DNA from: a virus
Taxonomy: Duplodnaviria; Caudoviricetes
IMG/VR virus record: IMGVR_UViG_3300034106_004043
Length of the DNA stretch: 64,000 nt
Strand: one strand, 5' to 3'
Shown: in pieces, positions 26,564-35,774 of the stretch
How positions within the stretch are numbered: the stretch's first letter is position 1
Layout of the letters: the number at the start of each line of letters is the position of its first letter
Notes under the pieces: generated by a model
Databases searched by the model: none
What the model saw: the letters and a program-made list of their open reading frames with translations, nothing else
Told to the model about the DNA's origin: nothing
Translations under genes and position numbers: made by a program

Positions 26564-27676
26564 ATGGAATTTAAAATTTTCAAAAACTTAAACGAAGAAG
26601 AGGAAAAACCCGTACTAACAGCTTTCCAAAATAAGTTAGTAAAACTTATTACTCTATTCCAAAACGGAGATGTTACTGAAGAGGATATTGAAAACACCAT
26701 AGGTGGTTTTGATAAATTTTTTGAGTTAATAATTAAAAATAATTTAACACATTACATTGACCCTTTTAATAATGACTGGTCGGATTATCAAAATAAAATA
26801 ATTTATCAGTTAATACAAAAAGACCCAAATTACATCTATAAGATGATGGAAATGGAATTTTCAGATATAACTGAAATTGATGGGAAATATTATGTTGATT
26901 TAGAAGATTCTGGTGAACTGGCACAATTCTTTAGTAGTGGTAGAAACGATATTAGTGAAGATAGAATTGCCGAAATATTAAATGGGGATTATGATGGTTA
27001 TTTATATGATGACGTAACAGGTGATGAGTTCAAAGATATTTATGAAGAACTAGAACCAAAATACCAAGAAGAAATTAGAGGTTATATCAAAGAAGATTTA
27101 CTTAAAATTGGTAATTTATCTATCGAACATCTAACTCCTGAATTAATAGAAGATTTAGCAATAGAACAAGGTGATGAGTCGAATTTAAAATTAAATGAAG
27201 AGATAATCACTAAACTTTTACAAGATAATGATTGTGTTGAATACTTTATAATGAACTTAGGATTAGATATAAGAAGTGAATTATATTCATTATACTCAAA
27301 TTGTTATGGGTCGGTTTATGCTAACGAATTGTATGACTCACTTATAGGACAATTAGTCGGTGAGGTTATTGATAGTAAAAAATCAGAAGAGTATAAATAC
27401 AAAAAACACGACTACAATAAAAGTACATCAACAGAAAGATGGGGTGTAAGATATGAAGTTACAAAAACTGCTCATAATAATATTAAACTTTGGTTTGAAA
27501 GTAACGTAAATAACCCATATGAAAATTTAAATTATTACGGAGGTTACATCAACCTACTTAAAAGTTTATTTGAAAATGGTGATTTAAATTGGTTGAGTTC
27601 TGGAAGAGTTCCTGACTACCCCGATTTAGGTGACGTTAAAAAATGTCTTAATATTGAATTTAATAGTTATTTCTAA
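26564..27676 (+). CDS. Hypothetical acidic protein
   Basis: 370-aa ORF; TATTTATC upstream. Confidence 0.75.
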   Translation: MEFKIFKNLNEEEEKPVLTAFQNKLVKLITLFQNGDVTEEDIENTIGGFDKFFELIIKNNLTHYIDPFNNDWSDYQNKIIYQLIQKDPNYIYKMMEMEFSDITEIDGKYYVDLEDSGELAQFFSSGRNDISEDRIAEILNGDYDGYLYDDVTGDEFKDIYEELEPKYQEEIRGYIKEDLLKIGNLSIEHLTPELIEDLAIEQGDESNLKLNEEIITKLLQDNDCVEYFIMNLGLDIRSELYSLYSNCYGSVYANELYDSLIGQLVGEVIDSKKSEEYKYKKHDYNKSTSTERWGVRYEVTKTAHNNIKLWFESNVNNPYENLNYYGGYINLLKSLFENGDLNWLSSGRVPDYPDLGDVKKCLNIEFNSYF

Positions 27677-27726
27677 TAACACAAAAAATTATTTACACTT
27701 TAACCTTTAAAATTTTAGTTCTAAAA

Positions 27727-28359
27727 TTGGACATGGAAAAAGAGAGTTGTATTTTAAATCAAGAATTTGTTAATAAGTTTGCAGATTTCTTATGTCAAGA
27801 AATAAGTGATAATAACACTTATAAAACAAAACTATCAGTTGTTGATTGTAATAGTTTATTTATTATCAAAGGTTATACAAAGAATCCAAAAATATATGGA
27901 TGTTACAATCTGACAGATAAGTTCATAGAACAAGAACAAAATAACTATTCTGATTTAACAGCTCTTAATCTTAAAACATTGGACATCATAGATTATGATA
28001 CCAAAGACACAAACTTTGAGGATACAAAATTCGTATTTGAATATCCTGAAACTTTCACAACAAACAATCTATCATCAATAACCATACAATCAACATTCCC
28101 TCACGGTTATTCTAAAAACTATTTAGGTAATCTTTATTCTTACCTTTATAAAATCTCGGAGAAATCACAACCGTACTTTAAGTTCAGAAACATTAAATTG
28201 GAATTTGAAAGTAATGAAGGTAACCTGAAATTCACAAAGGTAAAATCAGATAGTTACTATAGTTCAGAACTTCTCCTATCGATATTAAACGACAACTTTG
28301 AAGGTAAGGTATCAGATGACTACCAACTACCGTCCAAATTGTTCCTGAACGTTATTTAA
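27727..28359 (+). CDS. Hypothetical protein, weakly reminiscent of a degenerate SAM synthetase (MetK) fold
   Basis: FVNKFADFLCQEI...FIIKG and FPHGYS segments; ORF is solid, fold is a guess. Confidence 0.45.
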   Translation: MDMEKESCILNQEFVNKFADFLCQEISDNNTYKTKLSVVDCNSLFIIKGYTKNPKIYGCYNLTDKFIEQEQNNYSDLTALNLKTLDIIDYDTKDTNFEDTKFVFEYPETFTTNNLSSITIQSTFPHGYSKNYLGNLYSYLYKISEKSQPYFKFRNIKLEFESNEGNLKFTKVKSDSYYSSELLLSILNDNFEGKVSDDYQLPSKLFLNVI

Positions 28360-28883
28360 ACACGTTTAGAATAACCAACGATTTGGTAGAAGTCTCTATC
28401 ACCATCAATATACCCCTTAACCATCACCAATAGGTTTCTAAACATGAACGCATCTGGTGTTTGTTTTTCACACTTGGAGAACAACTCAACAAAAGAAATT
28501 AAAACTTCAACAGAATAATAACCACATCCTTGTAACTCAAGATACTTTGATGTGAGTTTATTAACATACTGTAACTTGTAGGTATCCCTTGATGTCTCAC
28601 AATTAAATGGTTCGGTCTCATCATAGATTTTTATCAGGTCATCAATAAAACCCTTAATAACATTCGGAGCACATTGTTTCTTAGCAATCAAATCAACAAT
28701 CCAATGTGTATGTGATGGTGTCCGTAATCTCTTACCTTCCTCCTTATGTTTTACTATGAAATCCAAATCAGGACGAGCCCCTCTTCCACCTTGATAGATA
28801 GCAATCTTTGATGTTGGGTCAACTTGCCAAAATGTCAAAGGGGTATGAACTACCCCTTTCTTTTTAAATGTTAGTTCCTTCAT
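28356..28883 (-). CDS. Hypothetical protein
   Basis: 175-aa ORF. Confidence 0.7.
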   Translation of the reverse strand: MKELTFKKKGVVHTPLTFWQVDPTSKIAIYQGGRGARPDLDFIVKHKEEGKRLRTPSHTHWIVDLIAKKQCAPNVIKGFIDDLIKIYDETEPFNCETSRDTYKLQYVNKLTSKYLELQGCGYYSVEVLISFVELFSKCEKQTPDAFMFRNLLVMVKGYIDGDRDFYQIVGYSKRV

Positions 28884-28892
28884 GGAACAAAA

Positions 28893-29165
28893 CTACAAAA
28901 TATTTTTTATAATTCCAACAGCTTCGTTTATATCTTGGAAATCTCTGTCGGGAGCGAATAACTTAGCATCTTCTGTTACAGTATCCACAATCATAAATGC
29001 CGGAACAAAATCATTACCAGTGACTTCAACAAAAAGGTTATACTCCTCTTCGTATTTTTCAATGTCTCGTTCCTTAAACTTAATCTTATTTTCTTTAAGT
29101 TGTTTTTTAAACTCCGTACACCAATGACAACCTTTCATTGTATATGCAACCAATAAATTAGCCAT
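28893..29165 (-). CDS. Glutaredoxin-like protein
   Basis: YTMKGCHWC...VPAF. Confidence 0.8.
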   Translation of the reverse strand: MANLLVAYTMKGCHWCTEFKKQLKENKIKFKERDIEKYEEEYNLFVEVTGNDFVPAFMIVDTVTEDAKLFAPDRDFQDINEAVGIIKNIL

Positions 29166-29470
29166 TAGTTCTCAATGTGTTCAGTGATTAATGATGATAC
29201 CATATCAGCAGGTTTTAAACCAACCATCGTGTGAGTATCAACACCTTCTTTATAGAATTTTAAAACTGGTACATTTCTAACACCCAAACTCTTTGAGAAA
29301 TTAATATCACTCTCAACATCAAACTCATAGATTGACACATCAGTTGTGATTTTCTTTAATTCTTCTGTTAATTGTTTACAGGGACCACACCATGTGGCAT
29401 ACATCTTTAATATAAAATCTTCCCCGTTGTTAATTTTTTCCTGTATCTGACTACTTGTTAATTGTTCCAT
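29165..29470 (-). CDS. trxA: Thioredoxin
   Basis: YATWCGPCK; VRNVPVL. Confidence 0.88.
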   Translation of the reverse strand: MEQLTSSQIQEKINNGEDFILKMYATWCGPCKQLTEELKKITTDVSIYEFDVESDINFSKSLGVRNVPVLKFYKEGVDTHTMVGLKPADMVSSLITEHIEN

Positions 29471-29474
29471 ACTT

Positions 29475-29816
29475 TTAAATATTTTTACTTTCCTTTTTTT
29501 GTTTCAAAAGTTGAGTTAAGAAGAACTTAACCTCACTCAACTTGTCAGCGTTATAATATAATTTTACTTTATACTCAACCCCATCTGCTTTAGATAAATA
29601 AATAAAACTACCGTTGGGTAGTTTACATATTAAATCGGAGTAAACCTCACCATCACTATACATGATTGAGTTGATAAAAACTTTTTCTATGTTATCTCTT
29701 TTCAAAAAATCATTAGGTAAAAGATTGTGTCCATCAGATAACTGAAGAATTGATAAAAGTCCTTCTTTATCCAACAGTCTATCCTCAAATAGAAATATCT
29801 TTTTTTCGTTTACCAT
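29475..29816 (-). CDS. Hypothetical protein
   Basis: ORF track. Confidence 0.7.
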   Translation of the reverse strand: MVNEKKIFLFEDRLLDKEGLLSILQLSDGHNLLPNDFLKRDNIEKVFINSIMYSDGEVYSDLICKLPNGSFIYLSKADGVEYKVKLYYNADKLSEVKFFLTQLLKQKKESKNI

Positions 29817-31495
29817 TCAAAGTCAATGTAAGGTAAATCATCTCCAATGTCAATTGAATTTGTTAAATGTCCCCAGTTAAGTTGTCCGTCTTTATCAAAA
29901 ATAAAGTTGTATTCTTTTCTTCCACCACCAGTAACAAACTCAGCTATAGGATTACCCCACACTTCATTAGAGATACTTTTTAATCTATTATCCAATATAG
30001 AAATCGCATCATCCCAACTATCATCCAATAAACCATTAAATCTTCCAAGTGTCTGAACTCGTTTGAATATAACAGGTTGATTATTATTCGTACCGATTGA
30101 AGGTCTGTATTCAATTGACGCTCTCTCCCCATCTTCCTTACGAAGTGATATAATTAATGATGAAGGTCTATCTTGATAAGTTCTTACACAATTAGATTGG
30201 TGTACTGACTCATCAACATATTCTTCACTACTTTGTAGTACAAGAGGGTTAAATACCATTTTATCACTTGTTATGATTGGTTTTGATACTTGTTCAACAA
30301 ATTCATTAGAGTATTGTCTTGAGTATTTCCCTGTGGTGTAAAAGTCAACTTTATCTGACCAAGTACTATGTTCAGCATTAAATTCTTTCAAAGTTTTAGA
30401 CATCCATTTAATCGGCTCGTTTCTTGATAGAATATCAAAAAATCTTACGTGGTCGTAAAAAGTATGAGTAGATAAATTATGGTCGGTTTTAGATAATAAG
30501 TAAATCTGATAACAATTACTCATATCCCTTTTACCGAAATTTTCAAAATAATGTCTTACAGGTTGAAATGGTGATTCGTCAATTTTAGTGTTAAAAATAA
30601 TACACAATTCTTCTTCAGGTCTTTGTAAAATAAAATCTCTCCCAAAGACATCCATCAACATTTTAATACTTTTGAAACAAGGATTTTGGACTTTATGTAA
30701 TACTTTTTTAATTTTCTCTGAACTTACATCGTTTAATTTCATATAAGCATCAACCATCTTAAATCCGTATTTCTTATAGTCTTTTTTAATTGGTTTTGGA
30801 TATACATTGTAATACCCTCTCCAATTATCAGGTTTCTTAACCCCTTGTTTGTCCAACAAGCATCCAAATAAAGACATCGGTAACTCAATGTAGTTTAAAA
30901 CTTTTTCAGCTCCAATTTTAGATAAAAACACATTAATACCTTCGGTAATTTTTAAATTATATGTTTTGGTATCATCTAACCCATTCATAAATGAATGATA
31001 ACCATCCGTAGTTAACGATATCGGAAATGAGTTTCTTCTAACAACACTACCTTTACCCTTACCTCTTTTCTTATGGTATTCAGTGTTTTTACCAACCGTA
31101 AAAATATTGGTTTTCTTATTAAATGTAATGTAGTTCAGTTTGGTACTTTTACGAAAAAATACTTCACCAGCCTTTCTGTGTTTTCCACAATAGAATACTT
31201 TTAAACAAACCTTATCTTCATTCTCCTCAACAACAAAAGTACTTCTAAAAACAGTTACATCACAAAGAGGATTACCATAATTTTTTTCAAACTCCTCTTT
31301 ATCGTTATTAACTGATTTATCAAATGTATAAACATAATGCTTACCGTCAAAAGACTCTCTCGCATGATATTTATTTTTCAAACCAAATGGTTCTACAAGA
31401 ATACTATCAGTAATCTCCCCCACCGAATTGTAGGGGAGATAGTGACCGACATAATATTTTTCGTTGATGAGTGTGAATAGGTTGTCCATTAGCAA
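29810..31495 (-). CDS. PcfJ-domain protein
   Basis: EYVDESVHQSNCVRTY...IISLR...SIE...VQTLGRFN. Confidence 0.7.
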   Translation of the reverse strand: MLMDNLFTLINEKYYVGHYLPYNSVGEITDSILVEPFGLKNKYHARESFDGKHYVYTFDKSVNNDKEEFEKNYGNPLCDVTVFRSTFVVEENEDKVCLKVFYCGKHRKAGEVFFRKSTKLNYITFNKKTNIFTVGKNTEYHKKRGKGKGSVVRRNSFPISLTTDGYHSFMNGLDDTKTYNLKITEGINVFLSKIGAEKVLNYIELPMSLFGCLLDKQGVKKPDNWRGYYNVYPKPIKKDYKKYGFKMVDAYMKLNDVSSEKIKKVLHKVQNPCFKSIKMLMDVFGRDFILQRPEEELCIIFNTKIDESPFQPVRHYFENFGKRDMSNCYQIYLLSKTDHNLSTHTFYDHVRFFDILSRNEPIKWMSKTLKEFNAEHSTWSDKVDFYTTGKYSRQYSNEFVEQVSKPIITSDKMVFNPLVLQSSEEYVDESVHQSNCVRTYQDRPSSLIISLRKEDGERASIEYRPSIGTNNNQPVIFKRVQTLGRFNGLLDDSWDDAISILDNRLKSISNEVWGNPIAEFVTGGGRKEYNFIFDKDGQLNWGHLTNSIDIGDDLPYIDFEW

Positions 31496-32235
31496 AATGT
31501 TTCAGCTAGTTCCCAAAGTTTTGTGTTAATCATGTTATCCATATTCAAGGATTGGATACCCTTTACTGAACGAGTGTTACGTCCTTGTTGTTTGATGAAC
31601 CCTCCACGGATTAACTTCTCTTGTACTACGTTGAAGGTTGTCCAAAGGTTATCATCACTATCACCATCACGAAGTGGGTCAATGATTGTCTCCAAAGTTA
31701 GAGTTGAAATATCCTCGGTGTTCTTCCAACGGATACCAACCGCCTTAGATACGAAGTCAATCTTTCTTTCAGTATCCATAGTAACTTCCATCATACGGGT
31801 TACTGACTTTTGGATTTTTGGAGTGTTTAATACGAACTGCTCAGTAATCAATTCAACATCACTCATACTCAAGTTCAAGTGTGTTTGTTTCATATCTCCG
31901 AAAGTTGATACAGGAACAGTCAAACCGTTACTACATACAAGTCGGAATAAACCTGCACCTACTTGAAGAGTTGAACTTCCGTTGTGTGAGTTGGTGATTA
32001 CCGCCTCTAATAACGAGTCACCTACTTGTGGAAGTTCTGCGTTACGAAGACGAACTTGGTGTTTACCAAATGAGCTCTTACCCACTTGTTTTGCTCCACT
32101 TACTTGCCATCCGTTTTGGATGAACTTGTCAACTACATCAATGGTAGGAACCATGGTGTAACGGTCAGATAATTTTGAAAGTTTTTCAGTTTGGAATAAT
32201 GCTGGTACTGTTGTTTTTAAATCTTGTAGGTTCAT
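31489..32235 (-). CDS. DUF932-family protein
   Basis: LSDRY...PT; ITNSHNGSST...GLFRLVCSNGL; LWTTFNVVQE. Confidence 0.85.
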   Translation of the reverse strand: MNLQDLKTTVPALFQTEKLSKLSDRYTMVPTIDVVDKFIQNGWQVSGAKQVGKSSFGKHQVRLRNAELPQVGDSLLEAVITNSHNGSSTLQVGAGLFRLVCSNGLTVPVSTFGDMKQTHLNLSMSDVELITEQFVLNTPKIQKSVTRMMEVTMDTERKIDFVSKAVGIRWKNTEDISTLTLETIIDPLRDGDSDDNLWTTFNVVQEKLIRGGFIKQQGRNTRSVKGIQSLNMDNMINTKLWELAETFC

Positions 32236-32275
32236 AGTGTTTATTTGTTTATGACTACAAATATACAACACTTTC

Positions 32276-32566
32276 TTAGTTAAGCCAAATAATTCCGTAA
32301 TTTGTTTTGATAACAGGTGTTTTTATTTCTAATGGTTTAACAGTTTTGTTTGTCTCATCGTACATACCTACAACAATATCAATAAGTTGTTGCTGGGTAA
32401 GGATAAGTTCCAAACCATTATCAAGGTTTTCGTAAACTTTTTCTTTAACCCTTTCGTAGAAAGTATTTTTCTTAAGTTTCCCGATTAAGTCAATCAAATC
32501 GTTGGGGTTCTTTTCGAAGAACCCTATCAACTGATTTAAGTAAATTTCCGCATCTACATTTTTCAT
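32276..32566 (-). CDS. Hypothetical protein
   Basis: TATCTTTG at 32586-32593. Confidence 0.7.
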   Translation of the reverse strand: MKNVDAEIYLNQLIGFFEKNPNDLIDLIGKLKKNTFYERVKEKVYENLDNGLELILTQQQLIDIVVGMYDETNKTVKPLEIKTPVIKTNYGIIWLN

Positions 32567-32604
32567 AGGCAGTAAGATTAGGAAACAAAGATATAACTAA
32601 TTTA

Positions 32605-33957
32605 TTAAACTACATAATAATAACCATCACCTTCCTCATGTAAAACATCTTTAAGTTCTTCAGGAAGTTTAACATTACTTCCACTTACATTTAAGAAACC
32701 TAACATAGGTAAATCTTTAATACACGTTGGGATAGTCGTTAACTGAGGGTTGTTTGGTAAAGCAAGTAATAGTAAACTTGTCAAATTACAAATACTATCA
32801 GGAACAGATTTAACCATACCACCTAATAAAAGTGTTTGTAACTTATCAAATCTTCCAATACTTTCAGGAACCTCAAGAGCAATTGTTTCTTTAATGTTTT
32901 TTGAAGTTTGGATAATTAATTGCTCCAAGTCATCTGGTAGGTTGTCAAATAATTCTTTAAATCCATATAATCCAACGAACTTACCTGCTGAAGATTCAGG
33001 ATAAACAATATCAACTCTCTTACCATTCTCTTTTGCCAATCCTTTAGCAAATTCAGGTTTGAAGAATTCTTTAAGTTCCGCCAACTTACCTTGTAACATT
33101 TCAACAATATTCACATTTCTATCGTTTCTATCCATAAACTGATTAGACTGAAAGTGCCATTGGTATCTTTCAACAGGTAGACCTGATTTCTTACCCAAAT
33201 CAGAACTTTGATTAGGTAGAATTACATATAATGGTCCTTGTTTGATATAAGTGTTAAAGTAACTTAAACCAGGTGAAGATGTACACCATCTTGTTTCACC
33301 CATATCAGGTTCGTGATAACCACCAAAGAAACAAGCCGCGTTTTTACCAAGTTCAGTTTGGTCTTCAATTTTAACAACAGTCCAGTTTGGTCCTTTAAAT
33401 GCAATCGTTGAACCAGGGTATTGGTAAGTTGATTTAGCTTCTTCTTTTTCTTGTTTTGTTCCTTTTGTTTTTTCTAACTTAAAGTCCTTAACCGCATCAA
33501 ATAATGTATCAACAGTCAATTTATTAATATCTCTTTTGTCAGCTTCTAATTGACCTTTGAATCTCTCAAACTTCTTTAAGTCGTCAGTAACCTTGTATAA
33601 ATCCTCAAGGTATAAGTCACGATATCTTTTAACTAATTGTTTATATTCAGGTGAACCAACTTCAACATCCGCTCTTTCATCACTAAATGATGGTTTCAAG
33701 AAATTCTTTAATATCCAGTTAGTATACTTACCAACCTTAACAATTTCCATTTGTTCAGGTGTTAGACTATCAATATTTTGAAGTAAGCTTTGCGGAGCTC
33801 TTGTAGTAGGGTCAGCAAAGATAATAGTTCTCAATGTTTCAAAAGGGATTTTACCAGGTTCAGGTTTTCTACCACCTTTGTCAACTAATTTATCATATAG
33901 AAGATTAAATCTTGAATCTTCTAAGATAATGTTTTTTAAGATATTAGTAAATTTCAT
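32605..33957 (-). CDS. Protein with TRWCT domain and C-terminal leucine-rich repeats
   Basis: VPESIGRFDKLQTLLL, VPDSICNLTSLLLLAL, IPTCIKDLPMLGFLNV. Confidence 0.75.
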   Translation of the reverse strand: MKFTNILKNIILEDSRFNLLYDKLVDKGGRKPEPGKIPFETLRTIIFADPTTRAPQSLLQNIDSLTPEQMEIVKVGKYTNWILKNFLKPSFSDERADVEVGSPEYKQLVKRYRDLYLEDLYKVTDDLKKFERFKGQLEADKRDINKLTVDTLFDAVKDFKLEKTKGTKQEKEEAKSTYQYPGSTIAFKGPNWTVVKIEDQTELGKNAACFFGGYHEPDMGETRWCTSSPGLSYFNTYIKQGPLYVILPNQSSDLGKKSGLPVERYQWHFQSNQFMDRNDRNVNIVEMLQGKLAELKEFFKPEFAKGLAKENGKRVDIVYPESSAGKFVGLYGFKELFDNLPDDLEQLIIQTSKNIKETIALEVPESIGRFDKLQTLLLGGMVKSVPDSICNLTSLLLLALPNNPQLTTIPTCIKDLPMLGFLNVSGSNVKLPEELKDVLHEEGDGYYYVV

Positions 33958-33981
33958 TTCTAAAGTTTTTATATAAATATA

Positions 33982-34824
33982 TCAATAATTCATAATTAAT
34001 AGTTCTTCCCCCATATTTTGTACCTTTCCTTTCTTTGCTGCCGCGGCTTTAGCAAATTCTTTCTTCTCCCATTTGTATTCCTCCTTTGGGAACCACTCAT
34101 TCAACAACTGAAAATCGTAGTAAGATAAACTAAACTTACCTTTAATACCTTTCAAACAATCAGCCAATCTTTCGTGGTCTTCCCTATCAAAATCGTGGTT
34201 TGAGTAATAGTTCTCGGTTTTCCAGTACGGCGGGTCAACATAAAAGTATGTTGTTGGACTATCAAACTCTTTAATAACATCTTCAAAATCACCCAATCTA
34301 AACTCTGATATTCTATTGAAATGTTCCACCCATTCAGGTTTAGATAATTTATCTCTAAAGGTAAGATATTTTGACTTATACTTTCCCTTTAAATCAATAA
34401 AACTTGATGTCTCAGGTTTTGAACCACTGAAAACCTGTGTCAGAACATAAGCATACTTCGCAGCAACACCATAATCAGGATAGTTAATTGTTAAACCATG
34501 AGAGAAAATTTCCTTTTGAAACTCATTAAATTGTTCTTTATAAACTGGTGGTGTTACTTCCACACCTTGTTGTTGACATGGGATACTATTAATTGAGGAT
34601 AACAGAGTCTCAGGGTCCTGAAGACACATAAACAAATTATAGTTCAAAGGATTAAAGTCGTTATAAACAACTCTTTTTAAATTAGGATATTGTTTTAAAT
34701 CCATGTTGAAGAAACACCAAAACATACCACCAAATGTTTCAACATACGTTTCCATATCTGTTGGGTAGAATGGGACAATCCACTTACCTATCTTACTCTT
34801 ACCTCCAATATATGATAATGCCAT
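33982..34824 (-). CDS. dam: DNA adenine methyltransferase (Dam/D12 class)
   Basis: SYIGGKS, YVETFGG, VYNDFN, YVDPPY. Confidence 0.88.
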   Translation of the reverse strand: MALSYIGGKSKIGKWIVPFYPTDMETYVETFGGMFWCFFNMDLKQYPNLKRVVYNDFNPLNYNLFMCLQDPETLLSSINSIPCQQQGVEVTPPVYKEQFNEFQKEIFSHGLTINYPDYGVAAKYAYVLTQVFSGSKPETSSFIDLKGKYKSKYLTFRDKLSKPEWVEHFNRISEFRLGDFEDVIKEFDSPTTYFYVDPPYWKTENYYSNHDFDREDHERLADCLKGIKGKFSLSYYDFQLLNEWFPKEEYKWEKKEFAKAAAAKKGKVQNMGEELLIMNY

Positions 34825-34850
34825 AAAATAATTTTTATCTAAATATAATT

Positions 34851-34988
34851 CTAATCTTGGTAGATATCAACCTTCTTAAGTTTTTTACGCGAATACTCCT
34901 TGCCGCATGGTACAACTTTTGTAATCATATTTCGTCTCACAATTTGAGCGACGTGACGTAAGTTAAGTGGTAGTATTTCCTGTTTCAT
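34851..34988 (-). CDS. 45-aa basic peptide, missing from ORF track
   Basis: MKQEILPLNLRHVAQIVRRNM...; TATCTTTG at 34993-35000. Confidence 0.55.
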   Translation of the reverse strand: MKQEILPLNLRHVAQIVRRNMITKVVPCGKEYSRKKLKKVDIYQD

Positions 34989-35061
34989 ACGACAAAGATA
35001 TGTCAAAAAAAGTTTAAAATATATTTTTTTATTCGGGATATTCTATTTATATTTGTATTCA

Positions 35062-35205
35062 AGTTAAACGAATGGGGTCAACTTAATAACCCAACCAAAT
35101 CATTAAGTCGGAATTGAACCCCGGTGTGTTCAAAGGCAAAAGCCTCAACCGTTAGGTGAAAAAGATAGAAACCCTCATTACATCGGATGTTTTGGGGGTT
35201 TTTAT
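35062..35205 (+). ncRNA. Candidate small structured RNA
   Basis: TATATTTG at 35048-35055; hairpins 35074-35122 and 35134-35145; terminator-like end. Confidence 0.4.
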
Positions 35206-35592
35206 TTATACGTAAATTTGGAAATCGTTTTTACCAGTTGTGTAAAATCTTTTCTTACGTATGGTAGTGACAATATTAATTTGAAAATTATAACAATCTT
35301 GTTCTTCTAAATTGGTAATAACATTCAGGAATGGATAATCTTTTTGTGAAACTACTATTGATGAATCTTGTCCTAACTCTCCCTCTTTAATACCTCTTAA
35401 TATTTCAGGTAGTCCAAGGTTTAATAAACTTAAGATTTCATCATTAGTAATTACTTCATCTTTACCATGTCTATACCTTTGTGTATTTCCGTGCGCCGAG
35501 TTTTCAATAGATACTTTAACTTTAATATCTCCAAAAAGCTTTCCAATCCTTTCTTCATTTATTATTTTTACTATACAACTTAAAAGGTTCAT
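35206..35592 (-). CDS. Hypothetical protein
   Basis: Start MNLLSC after TATTTATA at 35596-35603. Confidence 0.65.
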   Translation of the reverse strand: MNLLSCIVKIINEERIGKLFGDIKVKVSIENSAHGNTQRYRHGKDEVITNDEILSLLNLGLPEILRGIKEGELGQDSSIVVSQKDYPFLNVITNLEEQDCYNFQINIVTTIRKKRFYTTGKNDFQIYV

Positions 35593-35612
35593 AATTATAA
35601 ATAACACAGAAT

Positions 35613-35774
35613 ATGGAAAATTTAAAAAAAACCGAAGAAAAAAAATGTACTAAATGTGATAAAATGAAACAAAGTATCGTTCCTCAAGTCGCAATTGGGG
35701 TGTTAGTATTTAGTTTCACTATCTATGGTATAGTTGAATTTGTTAAAGACATTATTGAATTACTTACCAAGTAA
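35613..35774 (+). CDS. 53-aa CxxC plus transmembrane protein
   Basis: KCTKCDK...VAIGVLVFSFTIYGIV. Confidence 0.55.
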   Translation: MENLKKTEEKKCTKCDKMKQSIVPQVAIGVLVFSFTIYGIVEFVKDIIELLTK

